This document shows, one piece after another, positions 25,027-38,186 of a stretch of DNA of 64,000 bases. This DNA is from Gnetum montanum (taxonomy: Eukaryota; Plantae; Gnetophyta). Both the position numbers and the translations under genes were made by a program. Each line of letters starts with the position of its first letter. The first letter of the stretch is position 1. The notes under the pieces were generated by a model. That model was given only the letters and a program-made list of their open reading frames with translations. It did no database searches and was not told the DNA's origin. Location of the stretch: contig MNCI01000474.1 in NCBI GenBank assembly GCA_015680685.1, forward strand, positions 1-64,000, written 5' to 3'.

Positions 25027-25725
25027 TGATGAGACGCGATATCGCGTACGCGATATTGCGTTGTCCCCTGCGATATCACGTACGTGATATCGCGGTCCGT
25101 AGCCAAATCTATAAATAAGAGGCAGCACTCCCCTAATTTATCATCCTAGGCTAGAAGTAGCGAAGCTCTGGCAGTTTAGTCACTCCAGAGATAGAATATC
25201 TTCCATGTGCCCGCAGTAGGAGTCCCCAAGTGAACGGTTCTTTATTCGAGCAGCTTTGTACCTGAATGCAAGTTGTGTACAGTAATAAAAACAAGCTTTG
25301 TGGATAAACCTTGCAGTGCATGGAATAGGTTTATTACATGTTATTTCTTACCTGTCATTTATTACATGCATTAGCGCAGCATGAGTACGATTTGGTTACG
25401 AGCATTGACGAATGTGTACGGCTAACCAAGAAATCGGCTACTCATCACGATTAGATTCTCTCACCCTTATCNNNNNNNNNNNNNNNNNNNNNNNNNNNNN
25501 NNNNTTAGCGTAGAAGACATAAAACCAGAAAAGACCAAAAAAATCATATACCTTGGACTTACTTAACCATACACCGTGACAACAAGTAAGTCTGGGAAGA
25601 CAATGAATGATTAACCCCAAGTGTTCCATGGGGCGTTTAGGCATTTAGTCCACGGAGTTCAACTGGATCGCGCGTGCTATGCTCGTTTTGTATGGTTGAG
25701 TGTAGGGGTACCTCACCACTCATCA
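25027..25725 (+). repeat. E2 5' LTR (contains N gap)
   Basis: TGATGAG...CTCATCA; TATAAATA at 25110; closely similar to 30965-31721. Confidence 0.95.
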
Positions 25726-25726
25726 T

Positions 25727-25744
25727 TGGCGCCACTGCCGGGGA
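25727..25744 (+). promoter_or_regulatory. PBS, tRNA-Asp
   Basis: TGGCGCCACTGCCGGGGA. Confidence 0.85.
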
Positions 25745-26053
25745 CTAAGTGTTTGTGCACCAAATAGAACATAAGGAATATCACTCACATTGTTGTGAGC
25801 CTTAAACGAATCTTTGGGTTAATCAAATAAAAATTTATATAACAGTGAAATAGCACACCGATTAAAAATGCCTTCTTTTCATAAGAGCAACTCACCGCCT
25901 AAGGACCACACACGAGACAGTCGGCAAGAGAAAACGCATAACCAAAATCAGCCAAGTCCTAAACAATATAAGATGATATATACTCATCCCACTGAGTATA
26001 TTCCTAATTTTACTTTTGTTCTCCATTAGGACGAATAGCTGCGATGGAGAGAT

Positions 26054-28245
26054 TTGCAAGGTAACATTGTGTTACCCCCAGATCGATCAGTACCTCAGAT
26101 GATTTTCCGTGCCTTGGCACAGATTGGCATGCAAGAATTATTTGCTGAATACGTTGCAAAAGATTTGGACATGAGGGATTATTATCCCACAAATGCCCAA
26201 CGTATGAGAGACTTAAGGCAGGAGAGCCAACATACATTGTTGAAGGGCAAGGCCCCGCACGTCCTTAGCAAAATAGGAGACGAGGAACCCCTTATCACGA
26301 GTTTTTTAGCAAAGGATGTCCCCCCCCCCCTCCTAACGATGGTGAGGAGGATGAGTATCAGAACCTATGATCAACGATACATATCCCTGGTTCTGATGCT
26401 CGTGAACACCAGCTGTTCACAGAGGGAACAACTACTCATGCTAAGGACGGGCACTTTCATCGTCACAACAATCGGGGTTGTAGCAGCCGAAGAAAAGGCA
26501 AGAAACATCGTCATGGTGATGGTTCCCCTTCTTCTTCCCCTTCTTCACATCACTCATCCTCTCCTTCCACATCTGGGCACAACCACCATGAACATAAAGG
26601 TGAGGATAAAAGTAAAAAGGATGAAAGACCTCGACGTGAAAGTCGAGAGAGAGGACAAGGGCAAGGACGTAGGGAGAGTAGGGAACAACGCAGACATCAC
26701 AAGCATTATAAAAGAGACAATCATGATGAGCCCCTACTCACAACCCAAAGTATGCTTAACATAATAGAGGTAGTTAGGATTCCCACAAGGCATTTAAAGG
26801 ATAGCAGGATCAAACGATTAGACATGAACAACATCCCACGGTTTGAAGGGGGATACAATGCTGATCTGCAAAATCATTTACAGGCATTCCACGATGCCTG
26901 TGCCTTGCTAAATTTAGATAGTGAGTGGCAGAAACTTAAGTTGTTCCCAAGAACACTCACTAAAGAAGCAGAGAGCTAGTACCAGTCCTTAGAGCCAAAA
27001 ACCATCAGGAGGTGGAGTACAATGCTAGAACTATTCAACGAGAATTATCAAATGTACTCTAGAGTGTCCAATTTGCGTAAGCAAATCCAAGGTTGGAAGC
27101 AAGGTACGCACGAACCCTTGGATGCTACCATGGCCTGCTATTACACATTGTTACATTGTTGCCCGGGCCATGGATACGCTCAGCGAGATCAACTTCACCA
27201 CATCGTGGATGGGCTAAGGAATGAAACTAGAAGAACCCTTGGGACTTATGCCCAGGGGAGACTCTCACAACTTAGAGCCCATGAAGTACGTAGCTTGTTG
27301 GAGCAAGTAGCAAACNTGCCGATCCAAAAATTAACAACCAAGGTATCGGCCAAAGTAGACCAAATGTGGGATTCCTTAGACTCAAGAATTGAAATAGTAT
27401 TGAAAATTGTAGAAGTGTCTAAGGTAGAACAAAGTAGTGACAAATGTAAGAAAAAGTGGAGAGATTTAGGCCCTGCACATAACAAGGGTAAGGGAAAAAT
27501 CACTAACTCCGATGTGGCTGAGGATTCTGATTCAAATGATTACGGTGGATGTGAGATCTGCCATTATGACCATCCTAAGGGATGTTACCCCATCATCTCA
27601 CATCTACAGGATTCTAGGGTGTATGCACTTAATCCAAGACTCAACCAATGGCAAACACCTCGAAGGTTACCTTATCCACAAGGTAACCCAAGGAAGTTCC
27701 ACCAACCCTTAACGTATTATCCAAGTGAAACTCCACCATAGCCCACCGGACAGCATCAGTAGTGGCAATACCCACAGTCATGGGGGATGCCACCGCCAAC
27801 ACAACAGTACCCTTACCGATAGCCCAATCCTTATGGTTATTATGTGCAGCAGCCAATTTCTCCAATTGACTCTATGGGTCACACAACTCTCAACCGTCAC
27901 TACCAAGTTTGGGAGTACTTCAGAAGGACTCCTTCTCCTCTGGGAGACATCTCACACTCATTCCATCCTCCTAATCCATCTGCACCTCTTCCACCACAAG
28001 TAGTTCCCATAACACCTCATGCTCCAACAATGCAAGGGGAACTTCCTCCTCAATCGCAACAACGTCACGCTGCGAGAGCTGTAAATATCCAACCTGCTGC
28101 TGGTTCTAACAACTATAAAAAGAGAAGACCTTACTTCAGAACCAAAAGCCCAGACAAACTCTCACAACAACAAGTGGTTGAGGCCATGTACACTCCTCCA
28201 TCACCATCTAACACTTCGGAGAACCCTTCATCCAACAGAGCGTAA
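26054..28245 (+). pseudogene. gag: E2 gag (degenerate) with CEICHYDH knuckle-like motif and Pro-rich tail
   Basis: ORFs 26752-26979 and 27022-27741 (PRFEGGYNADLQNHLQAF, KLFPRTL, DGLRNETR). Confidence 0.85.
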
Positions 28246-28299
28246 CGCATACAGTTATGTTAACGCATACCGTAACTGACTGGATCAAGGTAGGTCACC

Positions 28300-28700
28300 T
28301 TCCCAAGAAACTAACTAACCCTAGGAGTCCCTTAATCTATTTGCAAATCATCAGAAATAAACCACATAGGGCTCTTCTTAACTAAGGTTCCGAAGTCAAC
28401 TTAATTTCACGAGAGATGTATCATGCCTGGAACCTGCCCCAACTTAAGAAGAGCAACATTCAACTAGAGTTGACAGACCAGTCCATCACCATTCCCTTGG
28501 GATTGGTGAAGGACATCATCACCACTGTGTGCGGTTGGTCTTACCCAGCTAATTTTCTGGTGATTGAAGTAAACAACAACGAAGGGGACTTCCCAATTAT
28601 AATGGGAAGGGCATGGCTAAGCACAGTAGACACATGCCTTAGGATCCGCGATCTTTCCTTCGAAATTTCCAAGATCAACATATGTGGAAAGATTGAGAAG
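28300..28700 (+). pseudogene. E2 aspartic protease
   Basis: HRALLN*GSEVNLI (decayed active site) then LELTDQSITIPLGLVKD...PIIMGRAWLST. Confidence 0.85.
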
Positions 28701-30964
28701 AGGAAAGTTTCATGCATCACATACAATGATTCATCGGGTGATGACATGGAGGAAATGCCTCCATGTAACAAGTGTGCCCACGAAACTTTGAACCAAAGAT
28801 GCTTGTATGTAGCAACCACACGAGAAGTAGTAGACACCCTGTGGTGGACAGCTAAAAGGAGCAGAAAAATGTGCATGGAACGAACTGAGGAAACCCATGC
28901 CTGTAACGAAGGCATAAACACATTGAAATATGAGCGTTGCCAACTTCCACCCCTCAACCTAAGAACATCAGTTGGGAGAAGTTGGGCACTTCTACAAAAT
29001 TCAAACAAATGCTCATTATTTTAGATCTCTCCCTTATAACTCAATCATGGGGGAGATGGCCACCCATGCTAACCATATGGGGCCCTTAGTTCTTTTAAGT
29101 TTTTGTTTTACATGTTTTTGTTTTACAACGTTTTCTGTTTTACACATTTTTGTTTTACAAATTTCTTTAACTTTTCTACTTTTTGTTTTACAAATTTCTT
29201 TAACTTTTCTACTTTTTGTTTTACATCATCATTGTACTTTTTCAATTTTTGTGTGTGTGTGTGTGATCCACCCTATAAGTTTGTCCCATAATAAGCGTTC
29301 TTCATGATGGTATGAACTATTTTCATATTGATTGCTAATGTTTGGTTTTTACCTTTAAGTCACAATGTTGATACTAGGATATGTTTCTTTTGATATGGTA
29401 GGCAATGAGTTCACTTTATCCATCCATCCACCAATTTCTATGGTTTCCCTCGGCTTGGAAATGTACAGTCCCTTTCTAATAGGAACTTTAACGAATCGGT
29501 GACTAGGGATTTCTCAAACTAAGGAAGGACTCAAGGATTGAAAAGGGTGTGACTTCAAAGGAACTTGATGCTTTTGTGTTGGTCATTCTTTTGGGTGCTT
29601 GAATGTTTCTTCTTGAGTTTTGTTGCTGTTCCGATGTTACCCAATTATCGGAAGCTGAGATAATAAAAATAAGAAGTCTTTGCATGGTGTGGTTCTCACA
29701 CATAAAAACACAAAACACAAAAAAAAAACACACAAACCAAGTGAGAATTCAAAGCACACCCCTTAGACGAATAAACTTGGGCTACAAGCACTAGTTATGG
29801 AACCCAAAAGTGTTCCCTCTAACTAAGGCCCTTCTCGCTTCCCATTCTCTCCTTTGTTCTATCGGAATGATGGTGGCTCTTGAAGTATGCATTTTTGTTG
29901 CCCAAGTGAATGGTTTAACCGAATGCATTGATGCGAAGTCACTGGATGTGATTGGTTTGAGGCTGGAGTTGGAATGAGATTTACCACGTCACATTAATCA
30001 TCAAACACACAAGGGGCTGTACACCACCTTGTTCTTGGGATTCCATTCCATTTCTCTTCTCTCCATCCTTCTCTCCATTGTTCACCTCATTTTCGGTTGT
30101 ATCATTAGTGTATATATTNCTGACATTCCCAGGGCCTATGGACTCTTTGAATGTGGGTTTGTCAAGGCATTAAGGGCATGAGCCTACTTTGGGGAGGACC
30201 CACTAACATTCCTATTTGGAGCATTAGTTAAATTCTTTCCCTTAACATTTTGCAATTAATTTTATTTTTTTCATTTCCATCTTGACATCCACTTCATCAA
30301 TGCCATACTTGTTCCTTTTTATCTATCTTTTTTACTCCTTTTCTTTCTCCATTCTAATGCTACCGGAGGTTCGTGATTAGTCATGGGGGTACGGGGCTTG
30401 ATTTTTTTGATTTTCTCCTAGCCCCAATATTTTTGATTTTCTTCCTAACCCCTACACCTGCGGTAGTCATCAATCACATATTCCCAGATCCATATTATCC
30501 ATACCACAACCTAGCCAATGAGTTTACACTGAAGCAAGGTATCAATTACATGATGATTTAATTACCCTTACTAATATATATGATTGTGTTCTTTGTGTAG
30601 ATGGCAGACATGCAAACAATGGATTGGATCTGGAGTAAACACTTGGAGTGGAGCCGTGCTAGATGCAACGATGCAAGGAGCAAGATCGATGATGCGCTTA
30701 CAGATGGATAACGAAAGCGCAATCTTGGCGTTGGAAGCAACAACACTTCTTTCTCTCTCTCTCTTTCTTAGCTGCCAACAAAGGTCCGATGTCATTGTAA
30801 TAAGGTGTTCACCCTTGTTGTCATGAATACCAGTTTTGTCAAGTCTTGTAATAATGATCCGTTCACATGTCATCCTATTAGTTCCATTCCCCTCAATAAT
30901 TCCATACCTACCTGATATTATTGTAAGGAACTCGAGGACAATTTTTTATTTATTCATGGAGGTA

Positions 30965-31721
30965 TGATGAGATGCGATATCGCATGCACCACGATATCGT
31001 GGCCGTCGCGATATTGCATCCCATGTGATATCGCGTCGTCCCTTGCGATATCGCGTACGCGATATCGTGGTCCGCCACCAAATCTATAAATAAGAAGCGG
31101 CACTCCCCTCATTTATCATCCTAGGCTAGAAGTAGCGAAGCTCTAGTAGTTTAGTCACTCCAGAGATAGAATATCTTCCATGTGCCCGCAGTAGGAGTCC
31201 CCAAGTGAACGGTTCTTTATTCGAGCAGCTTTGTACCTGAANNNNNNNNNNNNNNNNNNNNNNNNNNNNNNNNNNNNNNNNNNNNNNNNNNNNNNNNNNN
31301 NNNNNNNNNNNNNNNNNNNNNNNNNNNNNNNNNNNNNNNNNNNNNNNNNNNNNNNNNNNNNNNNNNNNNNNNNNNNNNNNNNNNNNNNNNNNNNNNNNNN
31401 NNNNNNNNNNNNNNNNNNNNNNNNNNNNNNNNNNNNNNNNNNNNNNNNNNNNNNNNNNNNNNNNNNNNNNNNNNNNNNNNNNNNNNNNNNNNNGCTCTTA
31501 GTATAGAAGACATAAAACCATAAAAGACCAAAAAAATCATATACCTCAGACTTACTTAACCATAAACCGTGACAACAACAAGTAAGTCTGGGAAGACAAT
31601 GAATGATTAACCCCAAGTGTTCCATGGGGTGTTTAGGTATTTAGTCTGCGGAGTTCGACCGGATCACGCGTGCTACACTCGTTTCGTATGGTTGAGTGTA
31701 GGGATACCTCGCCACTCATCA
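30965..31721 (+). repeat. E2 3' LTR (contains N gap)
   Basis: Preceded by CTCGAGGAC...GGAGGTA; matches the 5' LTR. Confidence 0.95.
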
Positions 31722-33595
31722 CTGCCCAACCTTTGGTCAACAATCCCTTTAACTTTCAAAACTTCAACCCAATTCCAAAACCTCTTTAACATACTTCCCT
31801 TTCTTTCAATCCCTCTTTAACATACTAGGCATCCACAACATAGTTCAACATGATGTGGCTTGTAGGCCTTTTGTCACTACCTTCTGATGCACAACCACTC
31901 AATGGTTTTTAAACCTCCCCAATTCATCAATCTCAACTTGGAATGACTTCAAATCATGTTTCCTCTTCCGATTTGACAAGTTTACTAGCCTCGCTATAAC
32001 TTCTAGTAACTTTACTAGCCATCAAGAGCTTAGTGGGAAAACAATTAGAAATTACAATTTAAGTTTCCTCCAACAATTGTCATATGTTCTTAGTGAGATG
32101 TGACCACAACCAGAAGGACCTAAACTTTTTCCTCTTGACCATAGATCCTTTCTTCGCATATGCTATCAAATGTAATCCTAATATCACCAACTTGGAAGGA
32201 GCCATGTCCAAAGCAGTAGAACTTTGAACAAATCACTCTCAAAAACTCTTTACAATCCCAATTCAAAACTCTTAACTTAGGTTCCCAAACCCCAATAGTC
32301 CCAAATCCTTTTCAAACCAATCCTTCAATCTTCAATTATTTATCAAACATTCAAAGTCCAAATGCTTCTTCTTTATTTTCTCAAAACCTTGGCTTAAATG
32401 ATGATCAATCAAAGGCCTTAATTCAATCTATTATCAATCCTTCCTCCATACCTTCTATCCCTAACCCTAAGACAACATAAACCTTCAACTTACTTAAGTT
32501 TATGGTCAACCTCCAATGAATCAAGTCTTGACCACCCTACACAAGCTTTCCAATGAAGTGATTGAACTAAAATGCAACAATGTTAAGATAAGAATTCAAC
32601 ATAATGAGGCAAATGGAAATCTAGAAGAAGTAGCTCTTAGCAAATATTGTAGATCACATAACACCAAACAACATTTTGAGAAGTCTTTCACTCAATTTCA
32701 AGATTGATATGGGGATATCACATAAAAATTACAAAATAACCAAAATGTAAAAACCTTGCTAATGGTTTTAGAAATCCCTAGTGAAATTGAAAATGAACCA
32801 ATAGCATCCTTTGAGTAAGTCATGATCAATGAACCTATCACTACAAATGCATGATTTAGGAAATTGAGTGACATCATGAATAACTCTAGTAGACCAAAGG
32901 GAAACACATACATTCCTCCTAGCAAATGAAACCACAATAATACATCTCAACAACAAACACAACCTGGGACATCATTACAAATCCATAATTGTTCCAACCA
33001 AAACTAACCTGAGCCTAGGAGCGAGATGAAAACTTACGATCTTATAGAAGATTTGAAAAGGGTTAAGACCAACATATCTATGTATGAACTATTACAATTT
33101 AAAGAAGCAAAAGAAGCTATACATGAATTGGTCAATGAATCTAGAGATAAAGGTAATACCTCTACAAATGAAAAACAAGTTCATTTCGTAAATGGTGTTG
33201 GAATCCTTGACACATCCATTCTTCACTAATAAGCCAAAAAGGCCCAACTTCTTTTCCTAACTACTTTAGTTATACTAGGAAAGAATGTTCATAATTGTCT
33301 AATGGATTTAAGAACTACTATAAATGTAATGCCTCTTTAGGTATGTGAACCTTTAGGAGCCCAAATGATTCCCCAAATAAGAAGTGTTATCCAACTTAAT
33401 GGATCCAATGTCCATGTATTAGAATCACTTAAAAATATTCAAATTTACCTAAAGCAATATCCTAATTTTTCATGTCACATAGACATCTTAGTAGTTTATA
33501 TGAAACCTACTTATGGCATGTTTCTTTCATGTATCTTTGATGCCCAATTTGGTGGTTTCTTTAGATCTAATTTCTTAGAACTCCTTCTGTCAATT

Positions 33596-35652
33596 TGTTG
33601 ATGCATAAATTTTGGACATATCAACACCTGTGGAAAAACTCATTTTAGGAAACTATCACCTAGGGTGCCTCTCGTATGGGTATGGAAACCCAAGAATAGT
33701 CTCACCTGGAGAGGGCTTGATCTCGTTGCTACTGCCTATTTGCTGCCCATAGCCACCACTAGATGAGAGAAAGGGAAGATGGATCCCACATTTGTCACAT
33801 GGACCAATAGAGAAAAACATGACTGCAAGTGTCACTTTTTTGTTTTCATGTCTCCATGCATAAGAAAGAGAAAACAAAACATAGAAGAAGCCTGCCACAC
33901 TTACGTGGTCACCATCGTCATTGAACCACTGTTGTTTGGTGTGCCGTCTACCACCTTTTGCAGTGTTCACCACTGATTCTCTGTTGGGAGAGGAGAGGAT
34001 GCTGTTCATGTCACCCGCTGCTTCCACAGAGAAGAGTGAAATCACTGCTTGTAGGTTTACTCTCTACCACCTCCAGGATTTGATGGATGTCTCCTTATGC
34101 ATCTTTGACGTGCACGGATACGTCAACCACCGCTGTAGGTGTTAGATGTTGTTGCCGTATACGCATAAACTAATGCCACCGTTAGGAAGAAAGAGTGTCG
34201 TCACATGTTCTATTAGACGTGCATTACATTGTTTGTTACGCGTCACGTACTGTAGATGCACGCCAAGCCGTCGTTTCTGCATCGCTCATGTCTCCCTCCT
34301 ATCGCGCCTGCTGGTAACGGGAAGCCATGTTGCTGCTCGTCACCCGCCTGTAGGAGATAGAGAGAGACTGCCACTGCTCACGTGCCGTTGTTGTCACTGA
34401 TGCACGCGTGTGGCCACTGTGTGCTTCTCTACTGTCTACACGCTATTACTGCATTGGCAAACCACTATTTTCCATCATTATATCGCTGACTACCGTTCGT
34501 TGTTGTGTCTCCCGTGTTGTCTTGCAATCTGCCTCTACGTCATGCATTGTTGTTAACATCTTTTACAACGTCTCGTAGTCTGCCACCGCTCGCTTGGACA
34601 CCCCAAAATTAGAGAAGAGGCTCCTTCCAAGTTGCTTCCCTCGTGTCCTCTTTTTTTCTTGGTTAATAGCGACTTGCGAGAGAAGAAACCTGTCAACCGC
34701 CGTTAACTATCATCCACCACCTGCCATAACCACCTTTCGCCATCAGCCCGCTACGCGTTAGTTACCACAGCGCCACTCCTGTCTGACATCGGTTACGGCC
34801 ATGACGGTTACCAATGGTGCATACGATGAGGATGGTCATGCAAACGAAGGAGCAAGAATTTGGAAGCAAACGTTTACGTATGTCGCTGGCTACCATAGTC
34901 AATGAGTTTGGTTCCGTGGGCAGAAATGGTGGTGGTCTGCAAGGCGGAAGACTGACACAATGTGATTGATGGCTTTGACCTGTTCCTGTATCACCTTCCA
35001 TTCATGTTCAGTTATCATAATGTGTAAGAACATTGGGTAGGTTGAAAGGCAACGGTGAGTAGTATACTATTGATGGTGGTAGGTTTTTCTTTTGCTTTTT
35101 CAACCGTGGCTAACTAACTAACAAATCTGTTCTAGACTTGTAGTCTATTGTAGTTGGAATTGGACGCTAGCTCTGAACATTATCGTGAATGAGGGTTGAT
35201 CCCAATACCGGCTCAAATTAGTGAAATGCATGCATGCAAGTGCAATGATCAATCAATGGGTCCAATTGTTTATTTGCTTGAATTGAAGTTTGCTTCGTGG
35301 ATATGTAAACCTCTGGGTTAACGTGTATGAGTACGATACAAGTCACAAGTTGAATTCTATGGTCTTGCCTTCTTGACGATTCACACCTTTGTTGATCACT
35401 ATCCTCTCCTGATATTAGTTTTACACTATGGATATTTAATAATTTCTTGTGATTTTATACTAGTTTCCACCTTGGCACCTTGTAAAACATTATACTCAAA
35501 AACTTTTGGAAGAAAATTAAATAGCTTCGTATAAATATTTTTTGAATTTCTATAAATTAGATCTAAGCATTTTGACTACTTTGCAACTATAATGGCCTAC
35601 CTGTGCACTGATTGTGGCCCTACGCCTAGCATGAGTGATGTTGGCATCAACA
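33596..35652 (+). mobile_element. Solo LTR (~2.06 kb) inserted just after the E4 protease
   Basis: TGTTGATGC...GCATCAACA termini; TSD CAATT/CAATC; removal restores frame ELLLSIKEGSEHVIILRDP. Confidence 0.85.
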
Positions 35653-36099
35653 CAATCAAAGAAGGATCTGAACATGTAATAATTCTTAGAGACCCTTTCC
35701 ATTGTCATGTCATCTCAAGTCCTGATGAATCTCATGTTACGTCATCAAATTAAAGTGAAGACTTTGTGAGAATCATTGATTTTAACTTTGGTGAATACAA
35801 GTTAGATGAAAGTTTAGATGCAATGAACGGCTCCTTACCTAACATAAACCCCTATATTCATACTTATGCCACATCCTATTACCAAACCTATAGGGAACTT
35901 TCTAAACTTTACATTGACACACTACCTTTCCACCAACATGAAGGAAAGACTTTCCTATTTGGTGATCCTCCACCAATTGGTAAAGACAAGGATATTAGTG
36001 AAATCCTCACTATCCAATCCTTAGATGATAATCCAATCTATATGATGATGATAATGCTTATATCGATCAAAGAGCTTGCTTTTTGAATTTCAATAACTT

Positions 36100-36480
36100 A
36101 AACACATAGATACTTAGGATTGATGGAGCCTCATCAAAATGAGGATGTGGTGTTGGAATTTTGTTAATTCCTCCTGGGGAACCTTTAAAGCTAAAAGCCA
36201 TTTATTTTTCAAAGCCCATGACACACAACATGGCTTAATATGAAGCTTTAATCCATGGACTAAAGTATGCTATTGACTTTGATCTTTGAAAGTTAAAGAT
36301 TTATAGCGATTCACAACTTATTTTGAATCAAATTAACAACATTTATGAAGATAAGCATCCTTTAATGATAGCATACAAGACATATTTTTTGGAATTATTC
36401 AAGGAATTTGATCGTATCACATTAGAACATGTTCGTAGAGATGAAAACCACATTCTTGATGCTTTTGCATAAGCTTCTTG
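36100..36480 (+). pseudogene. Archaeal-type RNase H (aRH) of E4
   Basis: FDGASS.*GCGVGILL...THNMA*YEALIHGL...IYSDSQLILNQI...HVRRDENHILDAFA. Confidence 0.85.
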
Positions 36481-38186
36481 TGTTATTGATCTTCCATTTT
36501 CTTATGGAGCTTAGGATTTTGAGATCATCATGAAAAAAGTTGATTGTTACTCCATCCATGATAATGTGTTATCTGTACAAGTGTTTGATGATGATCATCA
36601 AATTACATGTTTTCTTACTTGTGAAGGGGATTTTTACCATCAGATTCTTGAAGCTTCACATACTTATGACTTAATCCTTATCAATGAAGTTTCACCCAAT
36701 GCTATTGCTAGGGAAGTTCAAATGGATAAGAAAATTAAAGTACTACAACATAAAGATTGACAAGTATTAGCAAAAACTGAAATTTCTTTAATCAAAAAGA
36801 AAAATCAGTAATACCTTATTTGAATAGGTAAACATTTACATTCTAACAAAAAGGATATGTTAATTGCATTGCTACATGAAATCAATGATGTTTTAGCCTA
36901 GTCTTATGAAGATTTAAAGGTTTGTAATAGTATGGAACCTTTATTCGAGTGTGACGTACTTGGACATGCACATGATCGGCAATAAAGATCGAGATTAGTC
37001 CATCATTGCAACATTCACTTAGTTTTAATTATTTAATTATTATTGTTATTTATTGTTTTCTTAGTTAATATTTCTTTACCATCATTTACTATTCCTGTTG
37101 TTAAATGTTGAATGAGTATGACTTAATCACGAACATTGAAGTGTAACTACTTGGTAACCCAGTAGCATATTTAGGAGTGCTTAAGTAGTGTGTGCTTGGT
37201 AATCCCAGAAGTAGTACATGAGGTCCAAGATGCGTACGGATGATTAAGGACGGATGCTCATCACACTTAGGTTAGCTAGACTTCGTCTCCTGTTGCTTAC
37301 TAGTTTAATCAAGATTATTTTATTATTTTCCATTGTCCTTAGGAGTAGCCTAGTGTTAGAAATCATATCATACACCTCATTCTGGACTAAACCATACGTG
37401 AAAAAGCAAATACTAGTCCAAGTGGGAAGACAGTGAACTGCAATCAATGTGTAACTATCTAGATACCACAACTAGCTTGTCTATGGAGTTCAACTAGATC
37501 GTGTGTACACACTTGTATTCATATGGTTGAGTGTAGGGGTACCTTGCCACTCATCATTGGCACCGTTGCCAAGGACGGTGCTAGTTATTTAGATTAGTTA
37601 TATCATACAAGATCGTTGTAACAAAGTATTCACGATATATCTTTTAGAAAGAAGTAATTGCAAACAAATCACACACAAGTTCACAACAATGTCTCTCTCA
37701 CAAGACTATGACAACGCAACAACTAGTGAGGCAATTCATTAGAGAACCAATGAAATATATGATGATGAAGACGAAGTTAGGAGTACTCAATCCTATGCAA
37801 GGGTCTCCTATGCTCATGAGCACCCCAACGGTACTCACAGACTCTTGTCATCCAACTCTAGCACCTCTAGTAAGGATGGGACATCCCATAGAATGAGGGG
37901 GCCCGTAAGGCCTAAGACCTTCTCAGTAGTTAACAAGAATCTATCCAAGGATGATTGGGAGACTTACCAAAGTCATGATGAGTCTTCCCGTTCTTTCTCT
38001 TCCTCTGCCCCTTCAATGTCAGATCGTGACACAGATGACCGTCTTTCAAGGGGTCGACATAGAAATAAAAATCAAACCCACAGGCAAACTCAGAAATGCC
38101 GACATGGACAAAGATAACATCATCCCAACTTGCAAATTCATAACCTACCTAGTGATGATGAACCCCTACTGGCCACTAAGAGCCTA

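Larger units (their letters stand above)
25027..31721 (+). mobile_element. Full-length non-autonomous Athila-type element E2 (gag-protease, no RT/RH/INT)
   Basis: LTRs 25027-25725 and 30965-31721 with TG..CA ends; TSD CTGCC (25022-25026, 31722-31726); Asp PBS 25727-25744. Confidence 0.95.
20714..36921 (+). mobile_element. Tat-clade Gypsy element E4 (LTR, Asn PBS, gag, PR, aRH, start of RT region), interrupted by E2 and a solo LTR, truncated at E3
   Basis: Gag ATG 25009 resumes after E2 (DVACRPFVTTF..QWFLNLPNSSISTWNDFKSCFL); protease 33250-33595; RNase H 36100-36480; pre-RT LLHEINDVLA*SYEDLKV ending about 36921. Confidence 0.75.

Noticed and set aside
31155-31625. ORFs spanning poly-X
   Set aside because: Produced by the N gap within the LTR.
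33656-35001. Several ORFs in the solo LTR
   Set aside because: No recognisable domains; expected by chance in GC-richer LTR sequence.
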